Below, in pieces: positions 22,323 through 35,220 of a stretch of 64,000 nucleotides of DNA (the first letter of the stretch is position 1; the number at the start of each line of letters is the position of its first letter). Source of the stretch: Ostrea edulis (Eukaryota). A model generated the notes under the pieces. The model was not told where the DNA came from. It searched no databases and saw only the letters and a list, made by a program, of their open reading frames with translations. The DNA lies in the NCBI RefSeq assembly GCF_947568905.1, contig NC_079164.1, forward strand, positions 94,922,001 to 94,986,000, read 5' to 3'. Made by a program: the position numbers and the translations under genes.

Positions 22323-24361
22323 ATGGTCCTTTTGGTAAGATAGTACGTATACACCATTACCGGTGCATGCAAACATGCACTAAATTAATCTAAAGTAATA
22401 ATAGAAAAGTAATACATTGAAAAAAAATGGGTTTTTTTTCTTTCTTTCAAAAATTCCAATAACAATATCTAATGAAAAGAATGAATAATTTAATTTCTGT
22501 ATAATCATAACATTTAAGGTAGTACTATTTTAGGTATTGACAAGTCTTCTAATCGGCCTAACCAGTTCTGCACAAACAAATCACTGTAAGGAAACAGATG
22601 GATTGCAAATCCGATATGTTGACGGATGTCCTACTACTAAGGATTTACGAATACAGGCATCAAGAAGGATGATCTGCTCTTGGACAACCAACAAATCATC
22701 CTTGTCATATCATTGTGTCATAAACCCATCCATTTCAGAATTTATGGAGGTGTGTGCAAAGCCCGTTCAAATCATAGGTAAAATTCATATTTAATTACTA
22801 ATTCCGGGGGTTAAATTTCGTTGTTTTGTGGTGTGATTTTGTTTGTATGTTGTTTAACATTCGAGATTTCTCCCCTCATACAGGCTGTGCATTAATTAAA
22901 ATCCTTTATCATCAGGGAAAGAATTCCAACCATGAAATCATGGTCCCAAATGTGATTTTACAGTATTTTACAAAATCTTCATGAAAGTTTATACATTAGG
23001 TTTAACTGAATTAGGTGGCCATTGTGCTGAGTATAATTCTGGCGGCGAAAGAATACAACCAAACGTCCAAACATCGTGTCAACATCACGAGAAACCCTGT
23101 CCATCCTCGTACTGGTCAGTCGATGCTTATAAGTGTAAGTATATTTGGTCGTAACAGATTTTCTTCGCCATAGTCTTCAGTCCCCACTCAAGGGCGGATC
23201 CAGGGATTTTTAAGGGGGTGGGTGTCTACCATAATTTTGGTTTTCAAAGGAGAGAAACGTTCCACCAAAATGCGTTATTTTTACCTTTTTTTAAAGCAAC
23301 ATTATCTGACGAAAGGAGGGAGGGGTGTTCCAAACCCCGGAGACCCCTCTGGATCCGCCACTGCTACTAGACTTTTTCGTTGATGTAACAGTGAGGCATT
23401 TTGAGTCACTGGAAAAGTTTCTACAGATCTTATAAAATTAAATTTAGCAGAAAAGTGGGGACAGAAGTAGGCTTTCATGATGCACTATTCTTTAATTTGA
23501 CTTGATGTCTTTATAATCTTCTTATTTAATTTCTCCAGGGTTTTTTTGTATTTTGTTTTTGCGAACAGGGGATGCTTACTCCTTCTAGGCACCTGATCCC
23601 ACCTCTGGTGTGTCCAGGGGTCCGTGTTTGCCCAACTATCTATTTTGTATTGCTTATAGGAGTTATGAGATTGATCACTGTTCGTTATCTTCACCTTGCA
23701 TTCAGATACGGGGTGCTATGCTCTTGTAAAAAGGAATACAACATTTACCGAAAAATCGAATGCAGAAAATGAACATAATTCAACCATGACGAATTTAAGA
23801 ATAAATCACTCGACCACAGAAAAGGCCGTTTTGGTGTATGTACCATTTTGCTATAAATTTTATCATAAAATCTAAAGAATTTGAGTAAAGCTAATCAGTA
23901 AATTTTTAAAATTCAAAATCGGATATATTATTATATTGTAAAAACTAGGAGTGGATCACTTTTCGATGATGGCAGAAAAGCGTAAATCATCGTAGAATGT
24001 TATTCATGTACATGATTATGTTTTGACCTCATAATGAGATTCATGCGAATTGGGTAACGAATCATTAGAATATTCACCTTTAATATGCATATTGGAATCT
24101 GCTATTTCATTATTATTATTTTTTAGATCTGGAACTTTGTCACCTTTCCTATGTGTAATAATGATAATTGCCATCATAAGGATCAAAATCAAACACACCA
24201 GAGAACTGAAGGAGAGATCAAACGGGGTTACAGATTTTAAACAGATCTACATTGTAAGAAGAGTTATGAGATTGATCACTATTCGTTATCTTCACCTTTC
24301 ATCAGTAACATATCAAAGGAGGAACGAGGCTTCTCTTCTCCGCACATGTTATCTATCATAG
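22323..24361 (+). CDS. Cys-rich type-I membrane protein of an uncharacterised family, 5 exons (22323-22334, 22534-22777, 23015-23134, 23706-23835, 24127-24361), about 246 aa
   Basis: All introns GT-AG with matching phases. Signal peptide MVLLVLTSLLIGLTSSA; CP..RR..C..YHCVIN..EVCA..IIG|GHCAEYNSGG.RIQ..C..CP..Y.S.DAYK|YTGCY; N-glycosylation-rich stalk; TM LSPFLCVIMIIAII followed by basic residues. Confidence 0.75.
23190..23362. mobile_element. MITE with GGCGGATCCAG TIRs
   Basis: AGGGCGGATCCAGG .. CTGGATCCGCCACT; lies in intron 3 of the Cys-rich gene. Confidence 0.7.
23562..23701 (+). mobile_element. Penelope-like 3' tail abutting a splice acceptor
   Basis: Near-consensus CAGGGGATGCTTACTCC..GTTATCTTCACCTTGCAT immediately before TCAG|exon 4. 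Confidence 0.85.
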
Positions 24362-25069
24362 GAATCAAACTCTAAAACGCTTTACATTTGTAATGTTCAA
24401 ACCTAAAATGTCCAAGTAAACTAATCAGAGTGATAAAATAGATAAAATAACAGCAAGACGCTGGATACTATTCAATATAAGGCGTCAGGATTATGATGAC
24501 GTCACGATTGATGTTGCCTTAATTATAGCTAGGCGAGGCTTTCTAATTAGGAGAGTCTTTCCTGAGATTATCGGCAACGTAATGATTTAATCTTTCATTA
24601 ATACTTGTGTAGGATAGCAGAAATTTATGAAGATGAAGATTGTTGTCTATAACTCGACAAAGCCTCGTCCTGATGTGCGAATATTATCCCCTCGGTGAAA
24701 TTGACCAATCATGACACATCGTCTCTTCAAAAGCAAACCTTCTAATCAATATGACCCTCACTTAAAGCTCCGGTTCAAGCACGGGACGGACAGACAGACA
24801 GACATACACTGTAACTTAGCATTTTCTATTCCCCTCATAACTTTCGTTGTAGAGGCTATTATAATCACCGTACACTGTTATCTAGATTATTAAAGGTATT
24901 TTCAGAGATGCTGTTTTCATTCAATGACCCAGGAGTCATGACCTTTAAACGTTTGACAAAGCCCAATCTCATTATAATCATGGAAGAGTCATCCATACTT
25001 GTAATAACTTTACCGATATGATAACTTTAACACGGTAACGTTCTGTTCTAGAAGATTTTTCGAAGATTT

Positions 25070-25365
25070 ATATTATCACCTGTATATGGTGTTTATATCT
25101 CTCAACTGATTCGATACGCAAGAGCTTGTTCTGCACATGATCATTTTTAATCACGGCAGGCTACCCACAAACGAGTTAATGGTGCAGGGGTTTCAAGAGT
25201 CTCGTTGAAAGTCAGAATGTCGCAAATTCTGTGGTCATTATAACAATCTAGTTTGCCATTACAACCTATCATTGGGTCAAATGCTGTCTGATTTTTTTTT
25301 ATTTTTTTTTTTTGCATACCGATTGTTAGGCCGTTCTTGATACTGATTTTGACTACGGATAACAG
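25070..25365 (+). mobile_element. Penelope-like RT C-terminal fragment
   Basis: YGVYISQLIRYARACSAH..QGFQESRLKS..YNLSLGQMLSD, degenerate. Confidence 0.8.
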
Positions 25366-25434
25366 AGAGTTACTTATAAAAGAAATATTAAGATGAATGT
25401 TATGACCAGTGATTTTTTCACATGCAATGATTGA

Positions 25435-26945
25435 CAAGGGGAGAATTTATTTCCCTTTTCGTTCTCATTATACATTAATGATCTTGATATATTTTTACAA
25501 GAGAAAGAAGTAGTTGGCCTTCAAAGTATTTCTAAATCAATTGAAGAAGAATTAATGATATATCTAAAAAAAAAATTGATTTTATTATATGCTGATAATA
25601 CAGTTATTCTGGCTGAATCTGCTGAAGATTTACATCACGCGTTGAATGAATTTTTTGTGTACTGTAGGCAGTGGAAATTGATTGTTAATGTGGAAAAAAC
25701 TAAAATTTTGATTTTCTCAAAGGGCCCTATGTTGAAGAAATGTTTTTATTATAATGGAAATATTATTGAGAATGTGAAATAATTCAAATATCTAGGCGTT
25801 GTATTTTCCAGATCAGGTTCTTTTCAAAGATAAAAAACATCTATGCGAACAAGCCCAGAAAGCTATTTATGGAGTTATAAGAAAAATCAGACAATTTAAT
25901 TTACCAGTTAAGTGCCAACTTGACCTGTCTGACAAAGTCATTTTACTTGTTTTAATTCACGGGTGTGAGATTTGGGGATATGAAAATTTGTAATTTATAG
26001 AAGTTCTCCATCTAAACCTTTTGAAACATATTTTTCGTTTAAAAAGCTCCACTCCGTCGTTGATGGTATATGGCGAAACGGGACGTTTTCCTGTTTATAT
26101 TTATGTGTATATTAGAAGATTTCTTATTTCTTATTGAGCCAAATTAACATTTAGTCATGAAAACAAGATAGTAAATATTCTTTACAAATATTTATATACA
26201 TTGTACACAGTGCTATAATGGCACATTTAAAAATCCATGGTTTGAATGTCTTCATAGAATTTTGAACATACGTGTATGTGCAATCTCTAATATATGGTAT
26301 GAACAAGGTAATGTGAATGAAAATTGGATAACAAACGCTGTAAAACAAAGTCTCAAGGATCAATTTATCCAGACTTGGCCAAGTGATGTTTTTAGCTCTT
26401 CCAAAGATACAATGTACAGAATTTTAAAAACAAGTTTTGGTCTGGAAACTTATCTTGAAAATCTACCTAAGAAATTCAGTAGCATCTTTTTGAAATTTCG
26501 TATCACGAACCATCGCCTCCCAGTAGAGACTGGCCGATGGTTTAGTATACCATATAACGAAAGATCATGCGTTTAATGTAATGAAACAAAAAATGCAGAT
26601 GATTATCATTTTGTATTAGAGTGCAGTGCTTTATCCGGTATAGGAAAAGAATATCTACACAGAAAATATTGTACGAGACCAAATGTAATGAAATTTTATG
26701 AAATCATGTCAACGAGTAATGTTAAAAACCTTAAAAACCTGTGCATGTTTATTTTAAAGATATACGAATTAGTCTGTTCTCCTTAACACACAACTTCAAA
26801 TTTTTGTACATATTTATGTATATATTTCACTTTGTTTATTTGCATACCTATATACATTCCTCTGACGTTACTTGTATTGATACATGGAATTTCTGTATTG
26901 TACCCCATGTACCATTTCCATTGTGGTTTGAGCGAATAAAATGAA
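25435..26945 (+). mobile_element. 5'-truncated non-LTR retrotransposon (L2/CR1 group, Crack/Daphne-like), degenerate RT and 3' UTR
   Basis: GENLFPFLFSLYINDL, LLYADNTV, KTKILIF, FKYLG, YGCEIWG, VYGETGRFP, FRITNHRLPVETGRW, C..CNE...DDYHFVLEC, with stops and frameshifts; AATAAA tail. Confidence 0.85.
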
Positions 26946-29721
26946 TGTAACATTTTATCTCGTCGCGGATCGAAACGTGTGACACTGGCTTGATCCAAGA
27001 CAGTGGTGATGCTGTTCATCGGATAGGCCCCTGCGTGTAAGTCTACTGTGACACGAGACTCGAGGTGCATGTTAATAACCTGAAAGTTTCACTTCTGCAC
27101 CGACAGAAAAGTTCACCAATCGCTTCCATTGTGATGTCGTTAAACTCTCCAAATTCAGGTCCCAGTAGAATGTTATCAAGTGAATTCTGATGAAGCTGCA
27201 ATTTCTTCCACAATAAAAAGTAATTTTCATATTTCTTTTTCAGACAAAGGGAAGACACAGTGTCACTGAAAGAGACAACAGATGTATCATGTCACGTGAT
27301 AGTGAAATATTCCGGGGTGAATGTGCTTGAATAAAGAGCTAAAGATATTTTAAATCTTGATATTTACAATTGCAGATAAGTTTCCTAAGATGAAACTCCT
27401 AAGTATCAAACCAGTTCATTACTATATGAACGTTCTAAAGGGTCAAGAAGTCATCCATGACCTGATCACAGGGCGTATTAATTTGCACGTGTAAAAGCAC
27501 TACTTTTATATAAACCAGTTATGTAAAGTAGGTCACAAGCCTTGATGATAAAAAAAGATATCAAAACATAAAATTCCTTCAATAGAAATATAAATCTCTA
27601 AGATGCTGTGTATTTACACATGTACCTTCGCTTTTTCGCTGCTAACAAAATGGAACACCATTGGGAATTTCAAGGAGGTGGAGATGACACATCTGAAGAC
27701 TTTTCCAGCTGTTTGAAAAGAAAAGGAAATTATGGAAAATCTTGATTTATCACTTAGAGGCCGTTTATTTAATCCCCGCGAGTGCTCAAAAGGATTAGAA
27801 ATTCGCAAAGCCAGTAATAACTTCCTCAGTCAGAGATCCAGCAGAACTCAAGAGATTTCGGTCATTCCCTGAGAAGGACTTAAAGCAATCTGATGACTCG
27901 AGGCAATCGAAATCACACCCACCTCCTCGAAAAGGGGCTTAGGTGGTTTTAAAAGCAAGGTATGAACAAGTACTCGTGGAAGGGGAGACAATGGTGGTTC
28001 CAAAGGCAATTTATTCCTCAGAAGCCGTACAAGAATGTAATATATTCGCAAAACTACAAACTACAAACCACAGCGTACCTGTCATTTGCAGATACTTTAT
28101 ACCTAGAAATAAGTAAGATCCATATTTGCTAGCTTTTAAAATATATTTTGTAGTAATGTATATATGTTTCTTGTCCTCTTGATGAAGTCATAAATGTTGC
28201 TATAAAACTAGACATTGTGAAATAAATTGCTTTCTGATCCTATAAATACCGATGTTTTAAGAGCCTGTTTAGCAAAATGAAATCATGCAATACTGTGCAA
28301 ATCGTAGGTTACCAAATCTTGATAAAGTTTGGTAGGTAGATATACATTCCAATTATTAATTGACCACCCCCCCCCCCTGCTATTTTTCAACATGGCCACC
28401 ATACGAAGCGCCATCTATATTTTGCATACATTCACCGATTTGTAAAATTCCAGAAAACGTTATAATCATCTATAATTTATTTATTTGAAAAATTTAATTA
28501 ATTTTCAAAAATATATATCAAAGTTACAACAGATAGTATTCTTTCAAAAAATGGCATTAATCATAATCAAACATGCAATACATCAAAGAGCATTCACAGA
28601 ATGATGTTCTCTGCAAGTATGTTTGAAAATGCTTCTGTAATTTCACATAATTTTTGTTAATCAATTTTTTTTATATTATAATAATAATACCATATTTATA
28701 TAGCACCCTTTTCATACACTATGTACGCCCTAAGGTGCTTTACAATGCATATATACCTTACAACAGAATGTTATACACATAATACATAGAAAATAAATAA
28801 AACATTAAAAAGCAATGATATAAAAGGCGTTATCAGATGTAAACAGTCCGTAGCTGTACCTATCCTGATTGTACATATAAAACATGAAAACACAAGATAC
28901 CATAATATGCTAGATAAGAATAAACATCAGTTTCAGGGCGTATTAAAATAATAATAATACTGAAATACACACACGCACACACAGCATATAATGTCTCAGA
29001 TATAATACATTAAAACATAGAATTAATTTAATATTATAAAAATCCCCGCATCATACCAGGTTTTTGGAGAATTTCGTTGTTGTAATTCCCCCTAAAGATT
29101 GCTAAAATGTCACATAATTTTTTTTATTTCTTTTGATTCATTGAAAGTTTTTTTTAAAAAAAATCCCCTATAAAACATCGGTAACCGCTTTACAAAATTA
29201 TGCAATACTTACTGACTGATGCGCATTTTTCAAAATCTCCAAAAAGATTTAAAATAATGTTAATGTTGTTTTTCTAGGCGCCCGTGTTGCTTTGGATTCT
29301 TAAGAATCGACGTTCTGTAAACAAAAAACATATCAACCAAATCAATGAATAATTAATTCAAAGTTTCTACTCCTTGTATCATAAATCACAAAATTGAAAT
29401 TCAAGCCTAGGAGTATAATTACTGACGATGGAAGAAAACCTGTAAAATTGTACAGATTTGGAATTAATGTAAAAAATATCAACTGGATAGGTTTAAGCAT
29501 ATACAATTTATTTGGATAATTAATGACGCTGTTGGAGCATTCTGTGCAGTTGTACAGCTATCCCCCCTTCCCTCTTGTATATCAACTTTAGAGGGTTTTT
29601 TTTTTTTTTAAATTCTACATCATTTATTCCATATGAAGTTGACCATCACTAGGCAAGATTAAGAGTGATAAATCGTAGGGGATTTCAAATATGCAATATA
29701 TTAGACATTCATCTGTCGTTG

Positions 29722-29724
<3 letters not shown>

Positions 29725-29780
<56 letters not shown>
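29725..29780. repeat. (GA)n microsatellite
   Basis: Direct reading. Confidence 0.95.
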
Positions 29781-29782
<2 letters not shown>

Positions 29783-31674
29783 CAGTCTGAAGAATCCAAT
29801 CAAGAGTATCTATTTATTTAAATATCAATTTCGAATTAACCCATTTCTTTAAACCAGTTGGTCGTAATGGAAATTTGATATGTTTAAATAGTAGAATACA
29901 GCACCCGGAAGTTTAACGTTTAGATATACAGTAAAATAAAACGCAGTTGTGTGTAAAACACGAGTACCTTTATGACTTCTTTCCATTTTCTAATTAATGA
30001 TTTTTGATATAGAACTTACATCCGTGTGGTAGAGGGTATACAATATCAATACTAATTTCTTTCTTGCGACGTTTCATTGGTATTTATCGGGAAATTTTAA
30101 GTCATTGTTGTTAATGACATAATGCAAACTTAAATATCCTTGAAAGAAATACCTATCTAAAGATATCGCCCCTATACCCTATATAGTGTAAGAAACTTGG
30201 CCCTTTTCCAGGACGCAATGTTTGTAAACAGAAAAATCAGGGTAAACCCAAAGTTCTATTTTCAATATCAAATTTAAAGTACACGTATTTCTAAATCAGT
30301 TTTAAAAATAAACAAACCGCAAGGCAGATCACTTGAACTTGCCCGAAGTGTCACATTTCCTGATCAATATCACACACCATTTTGATTAATAATGATAATA
30401 ATGATATTTATTTATATAGAAATCAGCACTGTAGTTATGTGATCACTTATATTGGTACGAGTGATGATTCGTGCTGCCATATTCTGTATACATATATATT
30501 CTGATTACATGAACAAGAGATATTATCATCGCAAAAACATGAACTATTTTTCTCAGTCTATGTTAATTTTTTCACCCTGAATTCAGGTGCATATGTTACA
30601 CTCCATCTCTACTGAACAAACTATATGTACATGCACATACGGTATCAAGGGGGTGTTGTCTATCTACTGTAGGTACTTTTTTCTTCGGGGTTTTGAGTCG
30701 ATGCGACAACATTTCAACAATGTGTTAGCTTTTAAGTTTAATCTGTCCGGTTTTAAGAATTCCATTGGGAGTAAAAACTTGATAATTCTTCTCAGCCATT
30801 TTAAAATACGGTAAAGTGTTTAAAATAAAGAAAAATTAATTCAAAAGTACAAACTATATGTGATCTAATTTCGCCTTGAATTTGTGAAAATTACCTGTAT
30901 GCAAAACTCGACTATTGTGATTATTAACTTCCTTACAATAATGTTCAATATGTTTTTCATATATACAAAAGACAATATCAAATATACAAGAAAATGAGCA
31001 GTAAATCTACAATGTAAACCTAGACTGATTTGGTCATGTTGATATCAATCGACAAACATGACTTTGTCAGCTAATACGCCTTTAAATTTTCAAAATTTAA
31101 TGAAACATTTAATCTCAGTAAAATCGATGTTATTTTTATTGTTTATAAAGGCGTCATGTGGTTAATGACTACATAGGAAAACACTGGAAAGGTTCATTTT
31201 TAAATATTTCCTAGTGCAGAATAATTGCAATTTTGAGTTTTACACTATCCTTATTTGGTCATGAACAATCAGGTCGGCCTGATCTATTTAGAATGGAACA
31301 GCACGAATTTTCGCGGAATTCACACTTTCCGTGTTCTTTGTCTTCTACATAATCTGAAAACAAAGTTTCGCTAAGACGTCAACTGTAATCCATAACACTT
31401 TCCCGGTCATTATAGACCATGTTTTACACACCCCTGTAACAGAATAGCTTTATCTGGAATCTTCATCGTTCTCGGAAAACGATTCTATTCTATGTATAAT
31501 GTGAAATCGAATAAGATTGAAGTTTTTATAACAATATGGCCCTAACTAAAGCCGAGAACCCGTCCCCAATCTCGTCGTTATATCAAATTCTTATCTTGCC
31601 TTCAGTAAATAAAACATTAACACAATTACGAATTTCAAATACTAAGTATTAAGTTCTGTCAGTAAAGTGGGCCA

Positions 31675-31895
31675 TAGCAGTGGGGATTCTTTAACGCGCC
31701 AACGTCTGTCCCGACACGTGACTTCCGGTTGTAAGGTACCACAGTGCATTAGAAGATCCGCGAACCTCACTTCTAATCAAATGCCGTGGTGAAGGAGCAG
31801 TCGGTAATCTCTACCTATGTTTACATCTTAGGTTTGACGCGGGCATGGCACGAGATGGGCTCAAACTCCCGACCTCCCGGTCGCAAAGCAAGCGT
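31675..31895 (-). mobile_element. degenerate tRNA-SINE (subfamily of 21140-21375)
   Basis: Shared TTCTTTAACG..GAAGGAGCA..CTACCTATGTTTA..TTAGGTTTGACGCG..GACCTCCCGGT. Confidence 0.65.
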
Positions 31896-31907
31896 TTCAA
31901 CTATGAA

Positions 31908-32327
31908 CAGTGGTTGATTTAAGGGGGTGGTGGCAGCTGGCGCGCGCCCCTCCTAAAATTTTCAAATTTAAGGTAAATCGTGGTATCTTGTTTAGAGAAA
32001 TGTACTAAACGATAAAAGAAGCAGTAATTTCTTCCACTCCCGGAGAAATAAATGACAAAATCTTTTGATTTCTTGAATTACTTTATTGGGAGAACTTTAT
32101 TTTTTTCCCAAAACCCTTAAAATTTGCCTCATTTCATTACTTTCACCTTATCAAAAATGATAGGAAATGGTATACATTACTAAATAAGAGACTTATTTCA
32201 AGACCTATAAAATCTGTAAAATCCAGGAGCTTCGCCCCCTGGGCCCCCACCAGGGCTTCACTCCCAGACCACCTGCCTCATAAAGTGGCGCCCCCCCCCC
32301 TAACCGCAATTCCTGGATCCGCCCCAG
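31908..32327. mobile_element. MITE with CAG..GGATCC-type ends
   Basis: CAGTGGTTGATTTAAGGGG .. CCTGGATCCGCCCCAG; internal part shared with 6650-6868. Confidence 0.6.
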
Positions 32328-32942
32328 ATGAATAATCCCCACTCAAAAGAAGTCACTTGTGGCAGTACACAGGGGATTGACCCAATATGAAGAGATAATC
32401 TTTTGATCACGTGTTAACACCCAGGGCAGGACATGCTCAAGAGGTGATGTCACCCTGTATAAGGTACATCAATGTGAATAACTCTCGAGGTGGTGTGAGG
32501 CAAACAACTCCATTTGCTAAGTATATGTACATTGGAAATAAATATAACAGAGACCACTAATCAATTTATTTCATTATCTACAGTCAAATTTCACATGTTC
32601 AATAAGATCTGGTTTTAATAACCAAACTTAAACAAACGCATAAAACATGGAGAATTCCAATAAGATAATCCGGAAATCATTTCCAACGTTTCACATTATT
32701 CGCTTGAAAAACTTCTGTAGAAGAAGCAGGTTTCTTCATTGGAGTAAGATTCCGGATTAAATCCAGTAAAAGATGTGCAGCTTTACCCCCCCCCCCCCCC
32801 ATTTCAGAGATTCTCTTTATGAGTAAAGTACAGTAAACTTAGATTTAACTTTTAATGTATTTCATGGCAATCACGTGACGTGGTCCTTATCACCAATGGC
32901 TTGACCCTGCTTGTACACGCCTCTTACGTAATTGTAAGTTAA

Positions 32943-33175
32943 TGAAAAGGTGAAAATAACGAACAGTGATCAATCTCATAACTCCTGTAAGGAAACGGAC
33001 TCCTGGACACACCAGAAGTGAGATCAGGTGTCTAGGAGGAGTAAGTATCCCTTGTCGACCGGTCACATCCGCCGTCAGCCCTTTATCTTGATAAAGTTAA
33101 CGGAGTAATCCGTCGTCAAAAATGAGTGTGTAAAAAATGACATAACAATTGGTACGAAAAACGTCAGGCAACAGA
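32943..33175 (-). mobile_element. Penelope-like 3' fragment in the 3' flank of pseudokinase copy C
   Basis: GAAAAGGTGAAAATAACGAACAGTGATC..GTCGACCGGTCACA..CGGAGTAATCCGT; starts ~15 bp after the stop codon. Confidence 0.75.
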
Positions 33176-33188
33176 ACTTTTGGAAATT

Positions 33189-33941
33189 TTATTCATACGG
33201 CGGCGGGGGACCAAGAGGAGGCAGGTTCTTTATCATGTAAGAAATGTCATTCAGACATGACTGGGATTGACATGACAACCATTTCTCGCAACGATGGGTA
33301 CAATGATGGTTATCAAAAAAGTTTGTAACGGCCATTCGATTTTCAGATCCACAAGAACTTCCCTTTGAAAACATTTCAGTAGCTGGTGACGCAAGTTGAA
33401 ATGTATAGCCATCTTTTCTCCAGACACCTTTTAGTCCTCGTAGAATGTTTGTACCATTGGAATCGTGATATGAAAAATGGCATAGCTCTTCAATGATTTT
33501 AGGACAATTTTCTGTTACGATGCCATCGCAAGTCACAAAGTATTCAAGACTGCCCCTGATAAATGGTTCAAACAACACGAATTCATCACTTGAAAGCTTT
33601 CTGTGCCTCGACATGGTATTTGTAATAACAGACACCTTGTCCATGACAGCTAGATGAAGCTCCGGAAAACTAACTGTAACATTGCACATTTTCGAAAACT
33701 TTCTAGCAATTCCATGAGCATTCTGAGACTGCAAAACATATTTTTCCAATACCTCCATTGACCCTTGACGAGAAGTGTCAACTTTCACTGCGGCACGTTC
33801 AATGTCGGTGCAAGAAGAATACATATTTCCCTTGTAAATCCTGAATTTTTTCCCTTTCTTTTTTGGGCGAAAATCGAAATTCGCTGATTTTTCACATGCA
33901 CATCCACTCCGAATTAACGACGGAAGTGTTTCGTTATTCAT
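33189..33941 (-). CDS. alpha-kinase family predicted pseudokinase, divergent copy C, 250 aa
   Basis: MNNETLPS start (ATG at 33941); AAVK, LFEPFI, ELCHFSYHDSNGTNILRGLKG, LASPAT, NFFDNHHCTHRCEKWL; roughly half identical to copies A/B by eye; ends PPPPYE*. Confidence 0.85.
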   Translation of the reverse strand: MNNETLPSLIRSGCACEKSANFDFRPKKKGKKFRIYKGNMYSSCTDIERAAVKVDTSRQGSMEVLEKYVLQSQNAHGIARKFSKMCNVTVSFPELHLAVMDKVSVITNTMSRHRKLSSDEFVLFEPFIRGSLEYFVTCDGIVTENCPKIIEELCHFSYHDSNGTNILRGLKGVWRKDGYTFQLASPATEMFSKGSSCGSENRMAVTNFFDNHHCTHRCEKWLSCQSQSCLNDISYMIKNLPPLGPPPPYE

Positions 33942-34220
33942 AATGGACAACCTTGCTGCTCGTCCGGAGAATAAATTCTAATGATTAAAGGTGCAGTTGG
34001 AACATGCAGATAAATACTGCAATTATTAAATGTTCAGTTGAGATCTGTGCAACTAAAAGCAGCTATTGAAATGAACCACGTATATCGGGATGAATTGCTA
34101 TTGAAATTTAAAATGTAAGAACATAACTGTATTCAATGTCAAGAAATAAACAACATACTTTTTCTCGGCACAAGATAAAATAAAGTTCTGAGGAGTAGCT
34201 TGTTTCGTACAGAACAATTA

Positions 34221-34230
34221 GGGGGTTTCC
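34221..34230 (+). promoter_or_regulatory. perfect NF-kB consensus GGGGGTTTCC about 280 bp upstream of the copy C ATG
   Basis: Fits GGGRNWYYCC at every position. A 32-bp tandem duplication containing GGGAATGTCT lies at ~34376-34437. Confidence 0.45.
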
Positions 34231-34929
34231 GGATTGATACGGAGTTATAAATATATCTGGAATTTTTCATACATCCTGATGAAAAATAAATTTTTATTAA
34301 TATACGTTTAAAGTATTTGTCACCTGTAATCATAATTGACTCATGAATAAAGCTAAGTGGTCGATAAAGTTACGCTCTATACAGGGAATGTCTGCTTATT
34401 ACATGATTCTATACAGGGAATGTCTGCTTATTACATGGTTCCATTGTTGGTATCAACTACTTTTTTAGTACATTTATTGATTGATTTGGGTTTTTTTAAC
34501 GGCCCTCTCGAGAATTTTGTACATAATGATGTACATGAGAAATTACAATATATATGATCACTGATGTTACATAAGAAACATTTAATTTGGAGCTCCAAGT
34601 GACTTCCTAATAATCAAATTTTATTTACTGTATATATAATATCAATAAATAACTATAACATACCTAATGCACGTGTTTATTCAAAAATGTTATATCGTTC
34701 ATTCAATTTGTGTGCGCATCAATTCAAACACGCATTAAAAAAGTCCTCCCTCTATGCATTGTTACATGTATGTATTTAATTGAGATTTCAAACGCATATT
34801 TCTATGTCGTTACATTACGATTTACAATTACAACCCCGGCAATTTACTACGATCGCTGTGACGCCCATGTTGAATGGGGTATACCTGACGTTATCAATAA
34901 AGGAAGACAAGCCGAAAAGCTCTTCATCT

Positions 34930-35220
34930 AGCATTCCATTATCACCTGGATAGGGTGTTTATGTCTATCAACTGATTCTATACACAAGAGCTTGTTCTGC
35001 GTATGATAAGTTTTTTTTAAATCGAGACAGACTATTGACGAATAAGTTGATGGTACAGGAGTTGCAACAGTCTCGTTCACAGTCATTTTTGCAAATTCTA
35101 TGGTCGTTATAAAGTTCTAGTTTGCCAATACAACCTGTCATTGGGTCAAATGCTATCTGGCGTGTTTCATAACAATAGTTAGGCCGATTTTGACGACGGA
35201 TTACTCCGTTTACCTGATGA
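34930..35220 (+). mobile_element. Penelope-like RT C-terminal fragment
   Basis: SSIPLSPG*GVYVYQLILYTRACSAYDK..KFYGRY..YNLSLGQML, degenerate. Confidence 0.75.

Noticed and set aside
27640-28060. Coding-like stretch (NTIGNFKEVEMTHL..MENLDLSLRGRLF..)
   Set aside because: Several in-frame stops and no recognisable family; possibly a pseudogene fragment but not supportable without a search.
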